From: Eukaryota sp. GEM-RC1
Lineage: Eukaryota
Reading direction: 5' to 3'
NCBI GenBank assembly: GCA_040285855.1
Contig: JAUFOQ010000005.1
Location: 62,001 to 126,000 of the forward strand
Length of the DNA: 64,000 bases
Below are positions 26,130 through 38,978 of this stretch, one piece after another; the first letter of the stretch is position 1, and each line of letters starts with the position of its first letter. The position numbers were made by a program, and so were the translations under genes. The notes beneath the pieces were generated by a model. It saw only the letters and a program-made list of their open reading frames with translations. It searched no databases and was not told the DNA's origin.

Positions 26130-26790
26130 GCACGATATAATTTGTCCAGTATACGATTCAAGTACTTTGGAACTTCTATACAAAGAAACAACAATACGAT
26201 TGCACCTATGATAAACTGTTTCCTTTGATCACGACACAGTGTTGAAAAGGCATCAAAGAAATTTTCAGCAGCACTTCCAATGTTACCAAGATTTGATATA
26301 ACAAAAGAAATGAACTTGAAAAAGAATAAAAATTGGAATTCAGTTTGTTCTTTTTGTCACTAGCAGAATATGTACTAATCTTTCTTTTTTCAGCTTTGGG
26401 TAAATGATTTTCGGAGTCACTCGAAACTGAATTCACACACACTTTTGCACAGGGATCAAAAATAATACAATCTATTACTGCTTGACAAGAATCAAGATAT
26501 GAAATAAAGAGACCACCATGTCGAGAATTGGTAATATTATCATCACTACAATGCTTAAGAAGAGGTTCGATTTTCTCACTAAAACCATGACATTTAAACA
26601 TTTCATACGTAACGTCACGAACAGCATTGGGTAAAATCGATCTAAACTGAAGAAATTTTTTGCAACTAGCAATGTGTTTGAAGTCAGCTTTTGGTCTATT
26701 TTCATCTAACAATTCAGATCGAAACAGACCTAAGCGAAGACGCATGTTAAGTTTCCAAGCCTCATTATTGAAATGTAGACCATAGATCAT
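26130..26790 (-). mobile_element. C-terminal remnant of an RLE-type (CRE-like) non-LTR retrotransposon
   Basis: MRLRLG..HIASCKK..RSILPNAVRD..IEPLL..VIDC..DP..AEKRKISTY..NIGSAAENFF resembles the zinc-knuckle, RHN and restriction-like endonuclease region. Confidence 0.7.
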
Positions 26791-27021
26791 AGGCGTAAGG
26801 GTCAGACTGTTGAGTAATATATGATGAACAGCTTTTCAAATTCAAAGAAAAAGTAAAGAAAGATCAGACGTTATATTAGTTTGAAAAGTCTTGGTTTTGT
26901 TAATCGAATTCATATCAGCGACCGACAGTACTTGTCCACTGTAGTCTACTGTATACTGTGTTACAGTATGCACTACAGAAGATCTGCATGTGTGGAATTC
27001 AAATTTCATCAAACACAACGT

Positions 27022-29071
27022 ATGGCTTCTGGTAGTTTTCCTACCCAAGCCTTTGTCTTCCCTCCTTCTACCATCTCTACAAAGCTTTGTAATCTTCGTA
27101 AAGAAGGTGTTCTCATTGACTCATCCATTTCCCTTCACGATGACGAGTTTCCTTGTCATTCTGCCGTCGTTTCTCTCTTCAGTGAACTTCTCAAAACCAA
27201 ACTGTTTTCTTCTTCCAAAGTTGATGATCTCGATCTCCTGTTACTTCTACTTCCCGATTCCTCTCTCTTCTTCAAAGTCTTGGACTCCTTCTATGGTATA
27301 AGTATCTCTTTCTCGGCTAGAGAACTTCACCAACTTGGTATTATAGCTCATTACCTTAATTACACACATCTTTCGGATTTTCTGTTCTCCCTTATTGAGT
27401 CCGGAATGAACCTGAAGGAAACGTTTACTTTCCAACTAAATCACGACGTGATTGTTTCTAATTTTAGAAAGTTTGCCCCCAGTGACGTGTCACTTACTTA
27501 CAAGGAAGTACACATTCAAACAAATAGCCTAATTTTAGTTGCCACGTCAGCAACTTTTCTGAACCAATTCTCTACTAGTTTTATTGATTCAAACGTTCGA
27601 AAAATCACTTATGAATCAGAATTTGAAGGAGTAGAGGAAGAAATTTTTGAACATTTTTTTATTTGTTCTATTCAGATTCAATTAATCTCGATATTTCTAA
27701 TGTTTTAAGTTTTTATCAATTGTCCTTTTATTTCCAAGTTCCAGAGCTTTCGGAAGCTTGTAAGACGTTTTTATTAACCAATACTTTTACTGATTTGGAA
27801 CTATCGTCACTTTTGAATTTAGCAAATGTTCGTAATCAATTTCACTTTGTTGAACAAATTTTAAATATTTTTAAAAATCTTTCTCAACCCCTGAAACTCG
27901 ATTCATTACCATTGTCTGTTGAAATACTGCAAAGATTGTTTCCTATTGTTGATAATTGGTGGCTTCTTCAGTGTCTTTTAGAAACTTTTAAAAATCAAGA
28001 ATTAACTAGTGAAGAACTAGATTGCATCCTAGTTTTAATTGTAATTCATCAATTTAATCCCAACAGTTTGTTCACCTTAATTCAACCTCTTTTGATGACA
28101 CATCTTTTGAATCGATTCTACTACAATGGTCAGTTTACAATTTTTTAAATATCATTGAAATGGAGAAAATTCCTCCTCATTGGTTTTTATGGACTTTTCA
28201 AGCTGCTGATAGAGCTAAATCTGATCTCGAATATTTTGTTGTCAATTTTATGGAAGTTGTTCCTTTTGAGTTTCTACATAGTTATCAAGGATTTTCTCCA
28301 TCACCTTTAGCTTTTAAACTTCTTTCTCCATCAGTTACAGCTGATTATTCATCGTTTTTGGCCAAAAGTCTTGTTGATTCTTGGAGAAATTTTGATTGGG
28401 ATGTTGACGTATTTCATGAATGTGTGAATGGTTTTGATTTGAAAGTGACAGATCCTGTTGCTATTTTTGAAATATTTTCACAAATACGAGAAGATGGAAG
28501 ACTGTGTCAATTTTTTCAGAAGTATTTTGCTGATAATGCTTTAATGGTATTGAAGTATCAACAAGATCAAATTGCCGACCTTTCATCTCGAAAAAATCAA
28601 AAAAACGTTAAACAAAAGAAATCAGCACAATCCAGATTATCTACTTTGACGAATGCACTGAGGAACAACCATTCGCTTTTATTATATGAAAAAGTTTACA
28701 CTAGACTATGTAAGACCATTAATCCTACCGATATCACAGTCTGTGGATTGTCTCAAGTTAAAAGTCTAGACCTTCGAGATATAGATGTTTCTGATGTAAC
28801 ATTTTTGTCGTTTTGTATCTGTCTTGAAGAACTGAATCTCTCAGGAACTCAAGTGGTTGACCTTTCACCTCTGTCTGTTCTTGCAAACCTTAGAATACTT
28901 GATATCAGCAATACTCCTGTAAGAGATATTTCTCCACTTTACAAATTGGGAAGTGTATTTAGGCACTTACGTGTAAGCACCACGACAATTTCACGTAAGC
29001 AACGAGATCAAATCCAACTCGAAAATCCTGCTTTAGACTTAAACAAATATCACTTCGCACCCTTTTCATGA
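27022..29071 (+). CDS. Tandem BTB protein with C-terminal internalin-like LRRs (copy 3; frameshifts near 27660 and 28092)
   Basis: ATG at 27022 (MASGSFPTQAF), with the same chassis as copy 2. The tail reads SLDLRDIDVSDVTFL..LEELNLSGTQVVDLSPLSVLANLRILDISNTPVRDISPL. Confidence 0.85.
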
Positions 29072-30393
29072 CGTTGAGTGTGAGCCAAACACACGATTTA
29101 CTGGTAGCGAAAAGACCATTTGAAAAAAATCCATGATGAATGTTAAAAAAATAAAAACATTCTTTATGGGGATATTTAGATCTTCTTGACTTGAAATAAA
29201 TAATAGTTGGATTTACTCAGCTTAAAACAAAGTTAATCTTGTGTTCTTGAACTCAGACAATTACCAAAATACAGCACATTCACAAAATAAGATGTTTCAA
29301 ATAAACGAAGCAAATTTTGAGCCAAAGTTTCTAGGTGAAAGTACTTGAATACCTTGCAATATAAAAGTGGCAATTATGTACATCTCGTATAAAAGAATTG
29401 GAATAAAGGAATTCCATTATCCCTCGGTTGATTCTACTAGACTTTTTTAATCATCACTGAAAAGATTTCAGATTCATTGATAGATCAATTTTATAGACAA
29501 TTTGTGGAGTTAACTGTGGCAGTCTAATCAACATCGAACTTTCTAAAAACATAAATAAACTCATACAATAGAGATAATCTTCATTATTTAATCCTACAAA
29601 TAAAAAAGTCCGTGGTAAAAATATAAAATTTTAAATCTTGATTCGAGTCTTTACTGTTAGCATTCAGACAGAGAAAAATAATAAAACTAAATTCTGTTTG
29701 TTATTCAAAAACAGATTGAGCGGTTAATAACACCAATGAATTATTCTCTATTCTTTATCGTTCGGTTAATGTTTACAGATCCAAAAGTTGAAAACATTCC
29801 TTCAAAATGGAAAAGCTCTTGAGTTTAACTACACGTGCTCATCAAAAGAGGAAATACATCAACACGTGTCATAGGAAACATTGGAGGTGAAAACCAAAGA
29901 ACGTTATAAATCATCTTGTAACTATGGTGAGCGCGAATTAAATTAATGATTTTCATCAAAATTGATGCTGATTAGTGGTGACATCAGCAAGTACCATAAC
30001 ATGTTACATTCCTATAGTGATTCAGAATTGACCTTACGTAGACGTAAGCCAGTTCGCCAGCAATCGGTGTTGTACATGTATTATATATAAAACTAACTGA
30101 AAATTGCAACGATACACATACATAAACTGACTATATTTAATGAAAATACAGGATTGTGTTTCTTTGAGTACAGAAACTCAAAACAGTGAGTATTACTCGA
30201 GTAATACTCCACGAAGAAGTGATAGAGACAGCTGATCTGCACTCAGTGTTTTTTTAATTATATTTATTTTCAGTCTTATTTTAATTACTTTCTAAAGAGA
30301 GTAGACAAACACATAAATTCATCTTTTAACTCTCAAGACCAACCGTACCGTCATGGTTTTTGGAAAAGTGAACTTAGTAAGGCTGTACAAGAG

Positions 30394-30514
30394 TTGTTGA
30401 GCGTTCAGCCTTCTTCTGTAGCTGCGGAGTCCTTTGTTTCAGGTACAGGGAGTGTAGATAATCCTAGGCGTGCTAATTTGAATGTTGAAAGTACATTCTA
30501 TTTTGAGCTTACAT
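30394..30514 (+). mobile_element. Old hAT transposase C-terminal remnant, the target of the younger hAT insertion
   Basis: LLSVQPSSVAAESFVSGTGSVDNPRRANL resembles the hAT dimerisation motif LSIPASSAASERxFS..RRxxL. Confidence 0.6.
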
Positions 30515-30727
30515 CAGTGTTCGAAAATTTTCCACCCGGACGCCACCCGGGTGGTTTTCTATTCCACCCGGGTGGTCACCGGGTGGTCTAAAAATGAGAG
30601 ACACTTTTTCATGTTCTCCTCGATACACTTGTACTCATACATGCATCCGTATAACTCTCATCACTCACCCTAAAAGCAAAATACTTTATTCTAATCTAAA
30701 CATTGGAACCATTCATCTAACATCTCC

Positions 30728-33700
30728 TCAGTCATTATGATCACGAACTTGTAGGTTCTGATGGAAACAAGGGTCAAAGAGTTCCATATCGTCATCATCT
30801 TCGTCATCATTGACTTCAGCTTGTACTTGTCTCACAGGAACGTCTTCTACTTCTTCTTCTTCCTCTACCTCCATCTCTTCATACATTTCCACAATCTCTT
30901 CCGCCATCCATTGTGGGAAGTCCTCACGTGCAACTAAAAGCTTCTTTCGGAGTTTAAGATTGCAATAGACAAAAACGAGAGACTTCAGCAATTTTGTACT
31001 CATTCTATTTCTTCTTTTGTTCATGATAAATCCAAATGCTGACCAGTTTCTTTCAGCAGAAGATGCAGATGAAATTTGTCCCAACAACTGTGATGCTACT
31101 GTTTTTAGTGGACTATCAGTTCCATGTAGCTTCCACCACTCATAGGCTGGTTGCTTCTGGGCTTGTTCCCAGATAAATGGATCATCGTAGTAAGGAGCCT
31201 TTTGGATCATATAATTTTGAAAGTCGGTATTGGCCTTTTCATAATCTTCTTTGCTGAGAACAGAACTAAGATATTCCCTCATAATCCTTAGGTAGTTCAC
31301 TAATCTTTCGTCTGAGTACCCCGCTAGTTTGGATTGGTTTTCAGGGTCCAACAAATGAGCAGTAATATGTGCTCGGGTTAGAACAGCATCCACTCTAGTT
31401 TTTAAAATTCTTCTAGTTTCATTTCTATCGTCAATTGAAATCCAAGTCATGGTTCTGAGCAAGTCCGAAGTATTGTTGTACGCAGCGGCAGTTCTGTTCA
31501 GCAGTTTCCCAATATATGGAGTATCTTGATCAGAAAAAAGGATCAAATCGGCAAATGGTTTGAACAAATGAGAAATTTGACCTATTTTGTCCCAAAACGA
31601 GTACTGGCCAATACAAGGCAGAGACTCTATGTCTTTAACATGATGTAAAATTTCATGCATCTGCATCTTTTTTTCATGTGGCAACTTTCCAATCATTGCC
31701 AGAACATCGCTATGAAGAAAAGTAGTAATTACTGCATTCTTACACTCAATTATCCGTTGAAGCAATAAAAACCGAGTATAAAATCTGGTTTCTCCTGGAA
31801 AAGTAATTTTTTTTCTGAAATCTGATTAAAGACATCACGTGAGGTCTTGTGATTTCGAATGAATTTGACAATTTTTTTTGCAATGTCAACGAGATTTTTG
31901 ATGGTGGGAATACGTCCTTCTACATTGGTTAAAGCAAGATCGAAAGTATGAGCAGCACAAGGAAGCCATGTCAATCCATGTTTTTGGTGCTCTTTCATGA
32001 GGATTTTTCCTGCTTTGGTAAAATCAGCTCCATTATCAGTAATTACAAATTTAACATATTGTACTCCTATATGTTGAATTACATCATTTAACTTATCTGC
32101 AATGAATTTTCCAGTTTTCTTCTGGTTTGTTAAATCTATTACATCAAAGAAAAATGGACCAGGAGGGGCATTTATTACAATATTCATAAAGCCGGTACCA
32201 TTTACATTTGTCCAAGCGTCAGTAGTAATCGAACAGCCAGTTTCTTTGATAGCTTCCAAATAATCAGTCAGTTCTTTTCGGAGATGATCTTCTACTTGTG
32301 GCAGATATTTTGTTTGGATGGTCTTGGAACATACAGGCTTGTATTTGCCACAGGATGTTACCGTAAGAAGTTCCTGTAACTCATCACAATCTGCTAGAGA
32401 GATTGGTTGTCCACGTGCTGCCAATAACTTTGCTATATGAAAGCAGACACTGTCTTGATACTCTTCAGCAGCTTTTTTTTCAGCGGCTTTAAGGCAGATC
32501 GCCTCTTTCACTGTTAGTTGTTTGCACTTCAGAGGAGGTTCACGAATTTCTATAACATCAGGAGCACTGGGAGACGGATCAAAAGAGTTCCCAAGTGGCA
32601 AGCTAGAGCTTGGTACAATAGTAGAGGACAATCGTAGTGTATTTGGAGAAGCTACTGTAGGAGTGTTTGGAATACAAATTCTAGGTAATTTCAAAAGAGT
32701 TCGGAGACGATTACAAGCTAAAAAAGAATCGACGTTACGACTACCGTCTGGAAGAATATCAAGATGAAGACAAAGCTTGATATTGCCACGTAACTCAGGG
32801 ATGAAGTGTTCAGATATTCTACCAGGAAAGTGATTCAAAGGATGGTAACAGTAATCACAGAGAGCGTGAACCTTTCCCCTAGATAGGGTTGTAATTTGAG
32901 TCGAGTCGAGTCAACTCAAGTCTGAAATTCTTGACTCAACTCGACTCATGAGTCATATGAGTCGAGTCAGGCTGACTCGCCAAATACAAGAGAGACTCAA
33001 CTCGACTTATGAGTCCAGCGAGTCGAGTCAGGCTGACTCATCCAAAATTCGACTGACTCGACTCGACTCATGAATCTTTTGATTGTCCAGAATTAAAAAC
33101 GGTTTTATTTAGTACCTACTAGTTGTAGAACTACTACTCAAAATCAATACTACTATTAACTTCAATCAAATTTTTGGAATACCATGACCGTAAACAAAGC
33201 AAATACCTTGCAGTATCATCACTTAAACGAGCACGCTTCTTGCTAATAATGTGATCCAGAACGAGGGGAAGTTAGAAATGAGATGATTCTAGGTTGAGCG
33301 TCGTCATCACTGATATAGTGGATTGGTTGGTTGGTCATGAATGATGAAAGGAAAAACCACCTTTTCAGTCGCCATCTTCATCATTTCTTAAAATAAAAAA
33401 AACACTTTAAAATATAAATGTATTAAAGACCTTCATATTTTGAATCTAACCTTCAATTCAACTAGGATAGCTATTGGTACTTTATGGGAAACACTATAGT
33501 ATTGACTCACGAGTCAAATGAGTTGAGTCAACTCGAGTTGAAAATTCCTGACTCGACTCGACTCATGAGTCATATGAGTCGAGTCAGGCTGACTCCACGA
33601 AATACAAGGGCGACTCGACTTGACTTATGAGTCAAGCGAGTCGAGTCAGGCTGACTCAACTCGAAACTCGTGAGTTTGACTCGACTCAAATTACAACCCT

Positions 33701-33784
33701 ACCCCTAGAGTATTGAACCTCAGAATATTCGTGATTAGGAGATATCATATCAAAGACTGGGTGTTTCTTTCCAGGCCATGGCAT
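30728..33784 (-). CDS. hAT transposase (BED finger, DUF659-like catalytic region, dimerisation domain), interrupted by a MITE and a 1-bp indel near 31800
   Basis: With the MITE and one TSD removed it reads MPWPGKKHPVF..HALCDYCYHPLNHFPGRISEHF..KLC. Further motifs are SITTDAWT, VITDNGA, WLPCAAHTFDL, PGETRF (after the indel is repaired) and WWKLHG..SSASSAERNWS..RRNR. Confidence 0.92.
32884..33701 (-). mobile_element. 818-bp non-autonomous hAT derivative inserted in the transposase 5' region
   Basis: Perfect TIRs TAGGGTTGTAATTTGAGTCGAGTC / GACTCGACTCAAATTACAACCCTA, TSD CCCCTAGA (32876-32883, 33702-33709), GAGTC/GACTC subterminal arrays, and an internal remnant IISKKRARLSDDTARYLLCLRSW. Confidence 0.96.
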
Positions 33785-34023
33785 TTGAAGAAGTTGGAGG
33801 TTGGAAGGAAGTGGAGGTTAAGAAATTTACCACCCAGTACCACCCAGACGCCACCCGGGTGGTGGGTGGCACCGGGTGGCACCCGGGTGGTTTTCATTTC
33901 CACCCGGGTGGTTTTCAAACACTGGCTTACATTCTTGGAGTTGTTATAGTTTGGATGATGTATAAATACCGCTTATCTTGATATCGTTGTTGAGTAGTTC
34001 TCAAGTAGTTCGCACCTCTAAAC

Positions 34024-34110
34024 GGATCTTCTACTATAGGAGAGAACTGAGATGGTATGATGATGTGAAGGATCAAGAGAAATAGGCCATATACAAGAGT
34101 TTGCAGCACT
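34024..34110 (-). pseudogene. Fragment paralogous to the DUF4185/DUF5005-like gene
   Basis: DNA closely resembles about 25410-25495 (GGATCTTCTACTA..TAGGAGAGAAC..AGAGAAATAGGCCATA..GAGTTT). Confidence 0.75.
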
Positions 34111-34443
34111 GGGTCTAAGAAACCGTTGCTCTGGATTTGGACACGAATGGTCTAGGCTATGGCATCTCCTCTATCCAAATCGTAAATTAGAAATATTTTT
34201 TTCATGATTGCTATAGAAACAATACCTGGTGACACCAGAGATCAGTGTTGCACTTTATTGTTTTGGACTGACCATATGGTAATACTTTAAAGATGATCTA
34301 ACACAAGTCCCCAATATTAATACTACAAGCCTTCATCTCCATGGCTAATAAGAGGAAAGATCTAGTTTTAAAAACCATCACGAACAAGATGTCAAACAAA
34401 ATCGAAAAATTTAAATTGTAGTTTGCTCCTCCCAATCAGATAA

Positions 34444-37400
34444 ATGACATCCAAACCTTTACAAACATCAGAACCTAAAGAGTCTCAGTCTTCTCCTGTA
34501 GTCGAAGTAAAAAACGATGGAGTCTCCCCCAGGTCTACTAAGCTCTCTGTACTCAATGACATATCCGAATCAAGTCCTCAAGTCGTATCGTTTTCTCGTG
34601 ACCATAAGGATGTATCTGTTAACGCAGCTGATAGTGATTCAGCTTCGAGAAGTCCCAATCGTTCTTTGCCTGAACAAACAAAAACAGATCCCACCCCTTC
34701 TCAAGCTACAAGTGACACATCTTCGTCAACACCCGAATCTAGGAGATTTGTTTTGTCTCCAGAATCTCCTACTCAAGCCTTTGCCTTCCCTCCTTCTTCA
34801 ATCACTGCAAAGCTTTGTAATCTTCGTAAAGAAGGTGTTCTCATTGACTCATCCATTTTTCTTCACCATGACGAGTTTCCTTGTCATTCTGCTGTGGTTT
34901 CTCTCTTCAGTGATGTCCTCAAAACCAAACTGTTTTTCTTCCTCCAAAGTAGATGATCTCGATCTCCTTTTCCATCTACTTCCCGATTCTTCTCTCTTCT
35001 TTAATGTGCTGGAATCCTTCTATGGTCAAAGTGTTTCTTTTCATCCAAGAAACTTCATTCACTTGGTGTCATTGCTTCTTACCTCAAGTTCATCCCACTA
35101 TCTGATTTTCTGTTCTCCCTGATTGAGTCTGGAATGAACTTGACGGAAACGTTTACTTTTCAATTAAATCATGACGTGATTGTTTCTAATTTTAGAAAGT
35201 TTGCTCCTAGTGACGTGTCAATTACTTACAAGGAACTACACATTCAAACAAATGCCCTAATTTTAGTTGCCACGTCGACATCTTTTCTCCACCAATTCTC
35301 TAATAATTTTATTGATTCAAACGTTCGAAAAATCACTTATGAATCAGAATTTGAAGGAGTGGAAGACTATATTTTTGAACATTTTTTTAATTTGTTTTAT
35401 TCAGATCCAATTGAACTCAATATTTCAAATGTTTTAAGTTTTTATCAATTGTCCATCTATTTCCAAGTTCCAGAGCTTTCGGAAGCTTGTAAGACGTTTT
35501 TATTAACCAATACTTTTACTGATTTGGAATTATTGTCACTTTTGAATTTAGCAAATGTTCGTAATCAAGTTCACTTTGTGGAAGAAATTTTAAATATCTT
35601 TAAAAATCTTTCTCAACCCCTGAAACTCGATTCATTACCATTGTCTGTTGAAATACTTCAAAGGTTGTTTCCTATTGTTGATAATTGGTGGCTTATTCAA
35701 TGTCTTTTAGAAACTTTTAAAAATCAAGAATTAACTAGCGAAGAACTAAATTCTATTTTAATTTTAATTGATATTCATCAATTTCATTACAACAATTTGT
35801 ACACTTTAATTCAACCTTTATTTGATGAAAAATCTTTTGAGTCAGTTTTACTACAATGGTCAGTTGATAATTTTTCAAATATTAAACAATTGGAGAAAAT
35901 TCCTCCTCATTGGTTTTTATGGACTTTTCAAGCTGCTGATAGAGCTAAATCTGATCTCGAATATTTTGTTGTCAATTTTATGAAAGTTGTTCCTTTTCAA
36001 TTTCTATATAGTTATCAAGGATTTTCTCCATCACCTTTAGCTCTTAAACTTCTTTCTCCATCAGTTACAGCTGATTATTTAGACTTTTTCGCCAAAAGTC
36101 TTGTAGATTCTGAAAAATTAACCAGCGAGGAATTAAATTCTATTTTAATATTGATTGACATTCATCAATTTGATTACAACAAACTGTACACTTCAATTCA
36201 ACCTTTATTTGATGAAAATTCTTTTGAGTCTGTTTTACTACAATGGTCAGTTTACAATTTTTCAAATATTCAACAATTGGAGAAAATTCCTCCTCATTGG
36301 TTTTTATGGACTTTTCATGCTGCTGATAGAGCTAAATCTGATCTTGAATATTTTGTTGTCAATTTTATGAAAGTTGTTCCTTTTGAGGTTTTACATTGTT
36401 TTCAAGGATTTTCTCCATCATCTTTAGCTTTCAAACTTCTTTCTCCATCAGTTACAGCTGATTATTCAAAGCTTTTGGCCAAAAGTCTTGTTGACTCTTG
36501 GAGAAATTTTGATTGGGATGTTGACGTTTTTCATGAATGTGTGAAAGGTTTTGATGTAAAAGTAACAGATCCTGTTGCTATTTTTGAAATATTTGCAGAA
36601 TTAAAAAATGATTCAAAACTGTGTCAATTCTTCCAACAATATTTCGCTGATAATGCTTTATCTGTTCTGAAATTTCAACAGAATCAGATCAGTGTCATTT
36701 CTTCAACATTAATTGAAGAACGAACCTCTTTGCTAGTAAAGTGCAATCGTTGAAGAAGGAAAAGACACGACAGGAAACAAAATTGAACAAAGTACAACGG
36801 GAAAAGGAAGTTATTACAAAAGAGTTGAACACTACCAAGAGCGAAAATACTTCTCTACAATCTACCGTTTCCTCTCTCAATGCTGAATTGAGCTCCGAAA
36901 AGTCACGAAATCTAACAAAAATTAAAAAAATTGGAAGGGGAAAAAACGGATATTTCCAATCAATTAAAAACGACCATAACCACCTACCTTCAAGTCAATG
37001 AGAAAGTCTATACCAAGTTGCGAGTCAAAGTTGGTTCTCCTCGTATCACTAAGAGTGCTTTGAGTCAAATAACTTCTCTTGATCTGATGAACACTGGTGT
37101 TAAAGATATTTCTTTTGTCTCTCTTTGTACTAATCTAGAATCACTGGATGTAGATGGTACTCAAGTTATTGATCTTTCACCACTGAGTGGTCTTAAGAAA
37201 CTGGAACAACTGGATGTTCGAAGAACTTCTGTTTCAGACATTTCTCCTCTGTATGGAGTAAGTTGTTTAAGAAATTTGTTTTTGTTAGACACCTCTGTTC
37301 CAAGTAGCCAACGTGATGAAATCAAACGTCGCATTTCTTCTATTTCCTTCGTTTCTCGTCGTTCTCCTCTCCGTCCTCGTCGTATACCTCGTCTTGTACA

Positions 37401-37467
37401 TGTGCCATGTGTAGAAAGCCCTACTGTATTTGAGACTTCTTGTATAATCGATTCAGACAGTGATTAG
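34444..37467 (+). CDS. Tandem BTB protein with Ser/Thr-rich N-terminal extension, internal 129-aa duplication, coiled coil and internalin-like LRRs (copy 4; several frameshifts)
   Basis: Five consecutive ORFs tile the family chassis. The tail reads LESLDVDGTQVIDLSPLSGLKKLEQLDVRRTSVSDISPL. Confidence 0.85.
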
Positions 37468-38388
37468 ACAGGCTTTCGATGATGTTACTTAGTTTTAAAG
37501 ATTCCTTCTTTTAACAATGAACTCATCTTTATTTTCTGTCAACTTTCGCCTTATGGGCAACACTATGGTACACATCACCTCCCCATTATGACCAAATATT
37601 CACTGTCAACTTTTTGTCTTCTCTTGTCCCATTCCCTTAGTCCAAATAAACATGTTTCCTTTTTCGTTTCTTCTACGTGGTCAATCTCATGATATCTTCC
37701 GCTAATGGTATTGATTTCCTTACCGAGATTCACACTTAACATGTCTATGCATAATCCTAAAACGTCTCTTAATGACTTTCATGACGAGAATTATCACTTG
37801 GCTAACACAAAATTAGCGCACTTGAATTATCGGACAATTTTTAAAATGATTTCCAAGATTAGGACTCCACTCGTTTTCCATATGTTTTTAGCTTAAGTTC
37901 CTTCCTTATGAATTTCCAAAGAGTTAAGTAGAAAATCTGTTAGATAATACATTGAAGTAATTACAGAATCGGGTCAGATTTCAGTCCTTTGTTTACAAAA
38001 CAGGGTCATTATAAACAGTTCTTACTACATAGGGTCACTCTCACAACTACTTCCTAATTATGAGTTTTTTACCTGAAAACGTTGATCATGAACTAAAAAA
38101 GTTTAACCTAACAACCAATCACTTGTTCAACAATCGAGAAGAATTGTTACAACGAATACATACCTACTGTCTAGAAGTAGGTGCCCATCAGAAGAAAAGG
38201 AAAACTACTAATCGATTGATTGTTCGTTCATCCGTGATGGTTGTTGTTTCTACCTTCGAAGTATCATTTCTAAGGATCGCGAACTGTGACGATTAACTAA
38301 AGCCAAGCCTCACACATGCCTTGGAACTGAAGGCCAAAAGAACTCTACTGTGCTATTTCCTCAATTTATTGCTTCTTGAAATACCTTC

Positions 38389-38690
38389 TTGAAAAAAGTG
38401 ACTGAAAATCCGACTATAACCACAACTGCGCTCCCTTATATGACGGCTTATCGTGTCAAATTGTTATGTATGCATGAAGTTTACGGCTCTGATGAAGACA
38501 ATATATTACGACTTCCATCCTTTAAGGTTGATTTTGAAGCTCACAATCCCGACTCAATTTTTCAGTACGACGTAGATGTTGAAGGACCCTTCCTTAGACC
38601 CTTTTGGTCATCTGGGTGTTGTTTTAAGGGACTGACTTGGTGTAGAAGACTCACGTTGGATGGACGTCACTTAAAAACTCGAATTTCTTT
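38389..38690 (+). mobile_element. MULE/MuDR transposase remnant
   Basis: YMTAYRVK..EVYGS..LPSF..HNPDS..FLRPFWS..CFKG..CRR.TLDGRHLK matches the MuDR region that leads into the first catalytic Asp. Confidence 0.75.
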
Positions 38691-38978
38691 AGTATATTTC
38701 ATGTTAACCGTTTGTTCACTTTCGAACAGAAAGTATCTATTACTGACTTGTAAATCCAAAGACTGTTATTGGTCTCAATTATTCCCAGATACATATTAAA
38801 TACATTGATGATGATGAAGACAGTAACACTGATGTAGGTCAAATGTAGTACAAGAAAGAGCGAAGTTTCAGCAAGTGCACACATTCTGAAAGTGCACACC
38901 CCCAAACATTTGCACTTATAGAGCGTTGACTGTAAGGAAAAGTGAAAAGGAAAAAGAAACCAGAACCAATCTTTTTGG

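Larger units (their letters stand above)
30515..33924 (-). mobile_element. Full-length hAT DNA transposon
   Basis: TIRs CAGTGTTCGAAAA / TTTTCAAACACTG (12/13), perfect 8-bp TSD GCTTACAT (30507-30514, 33925-33932), CCACCCGGGTGG subterminal repeats at both ends, and an internal transposase gene. Confidence 0.96.
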
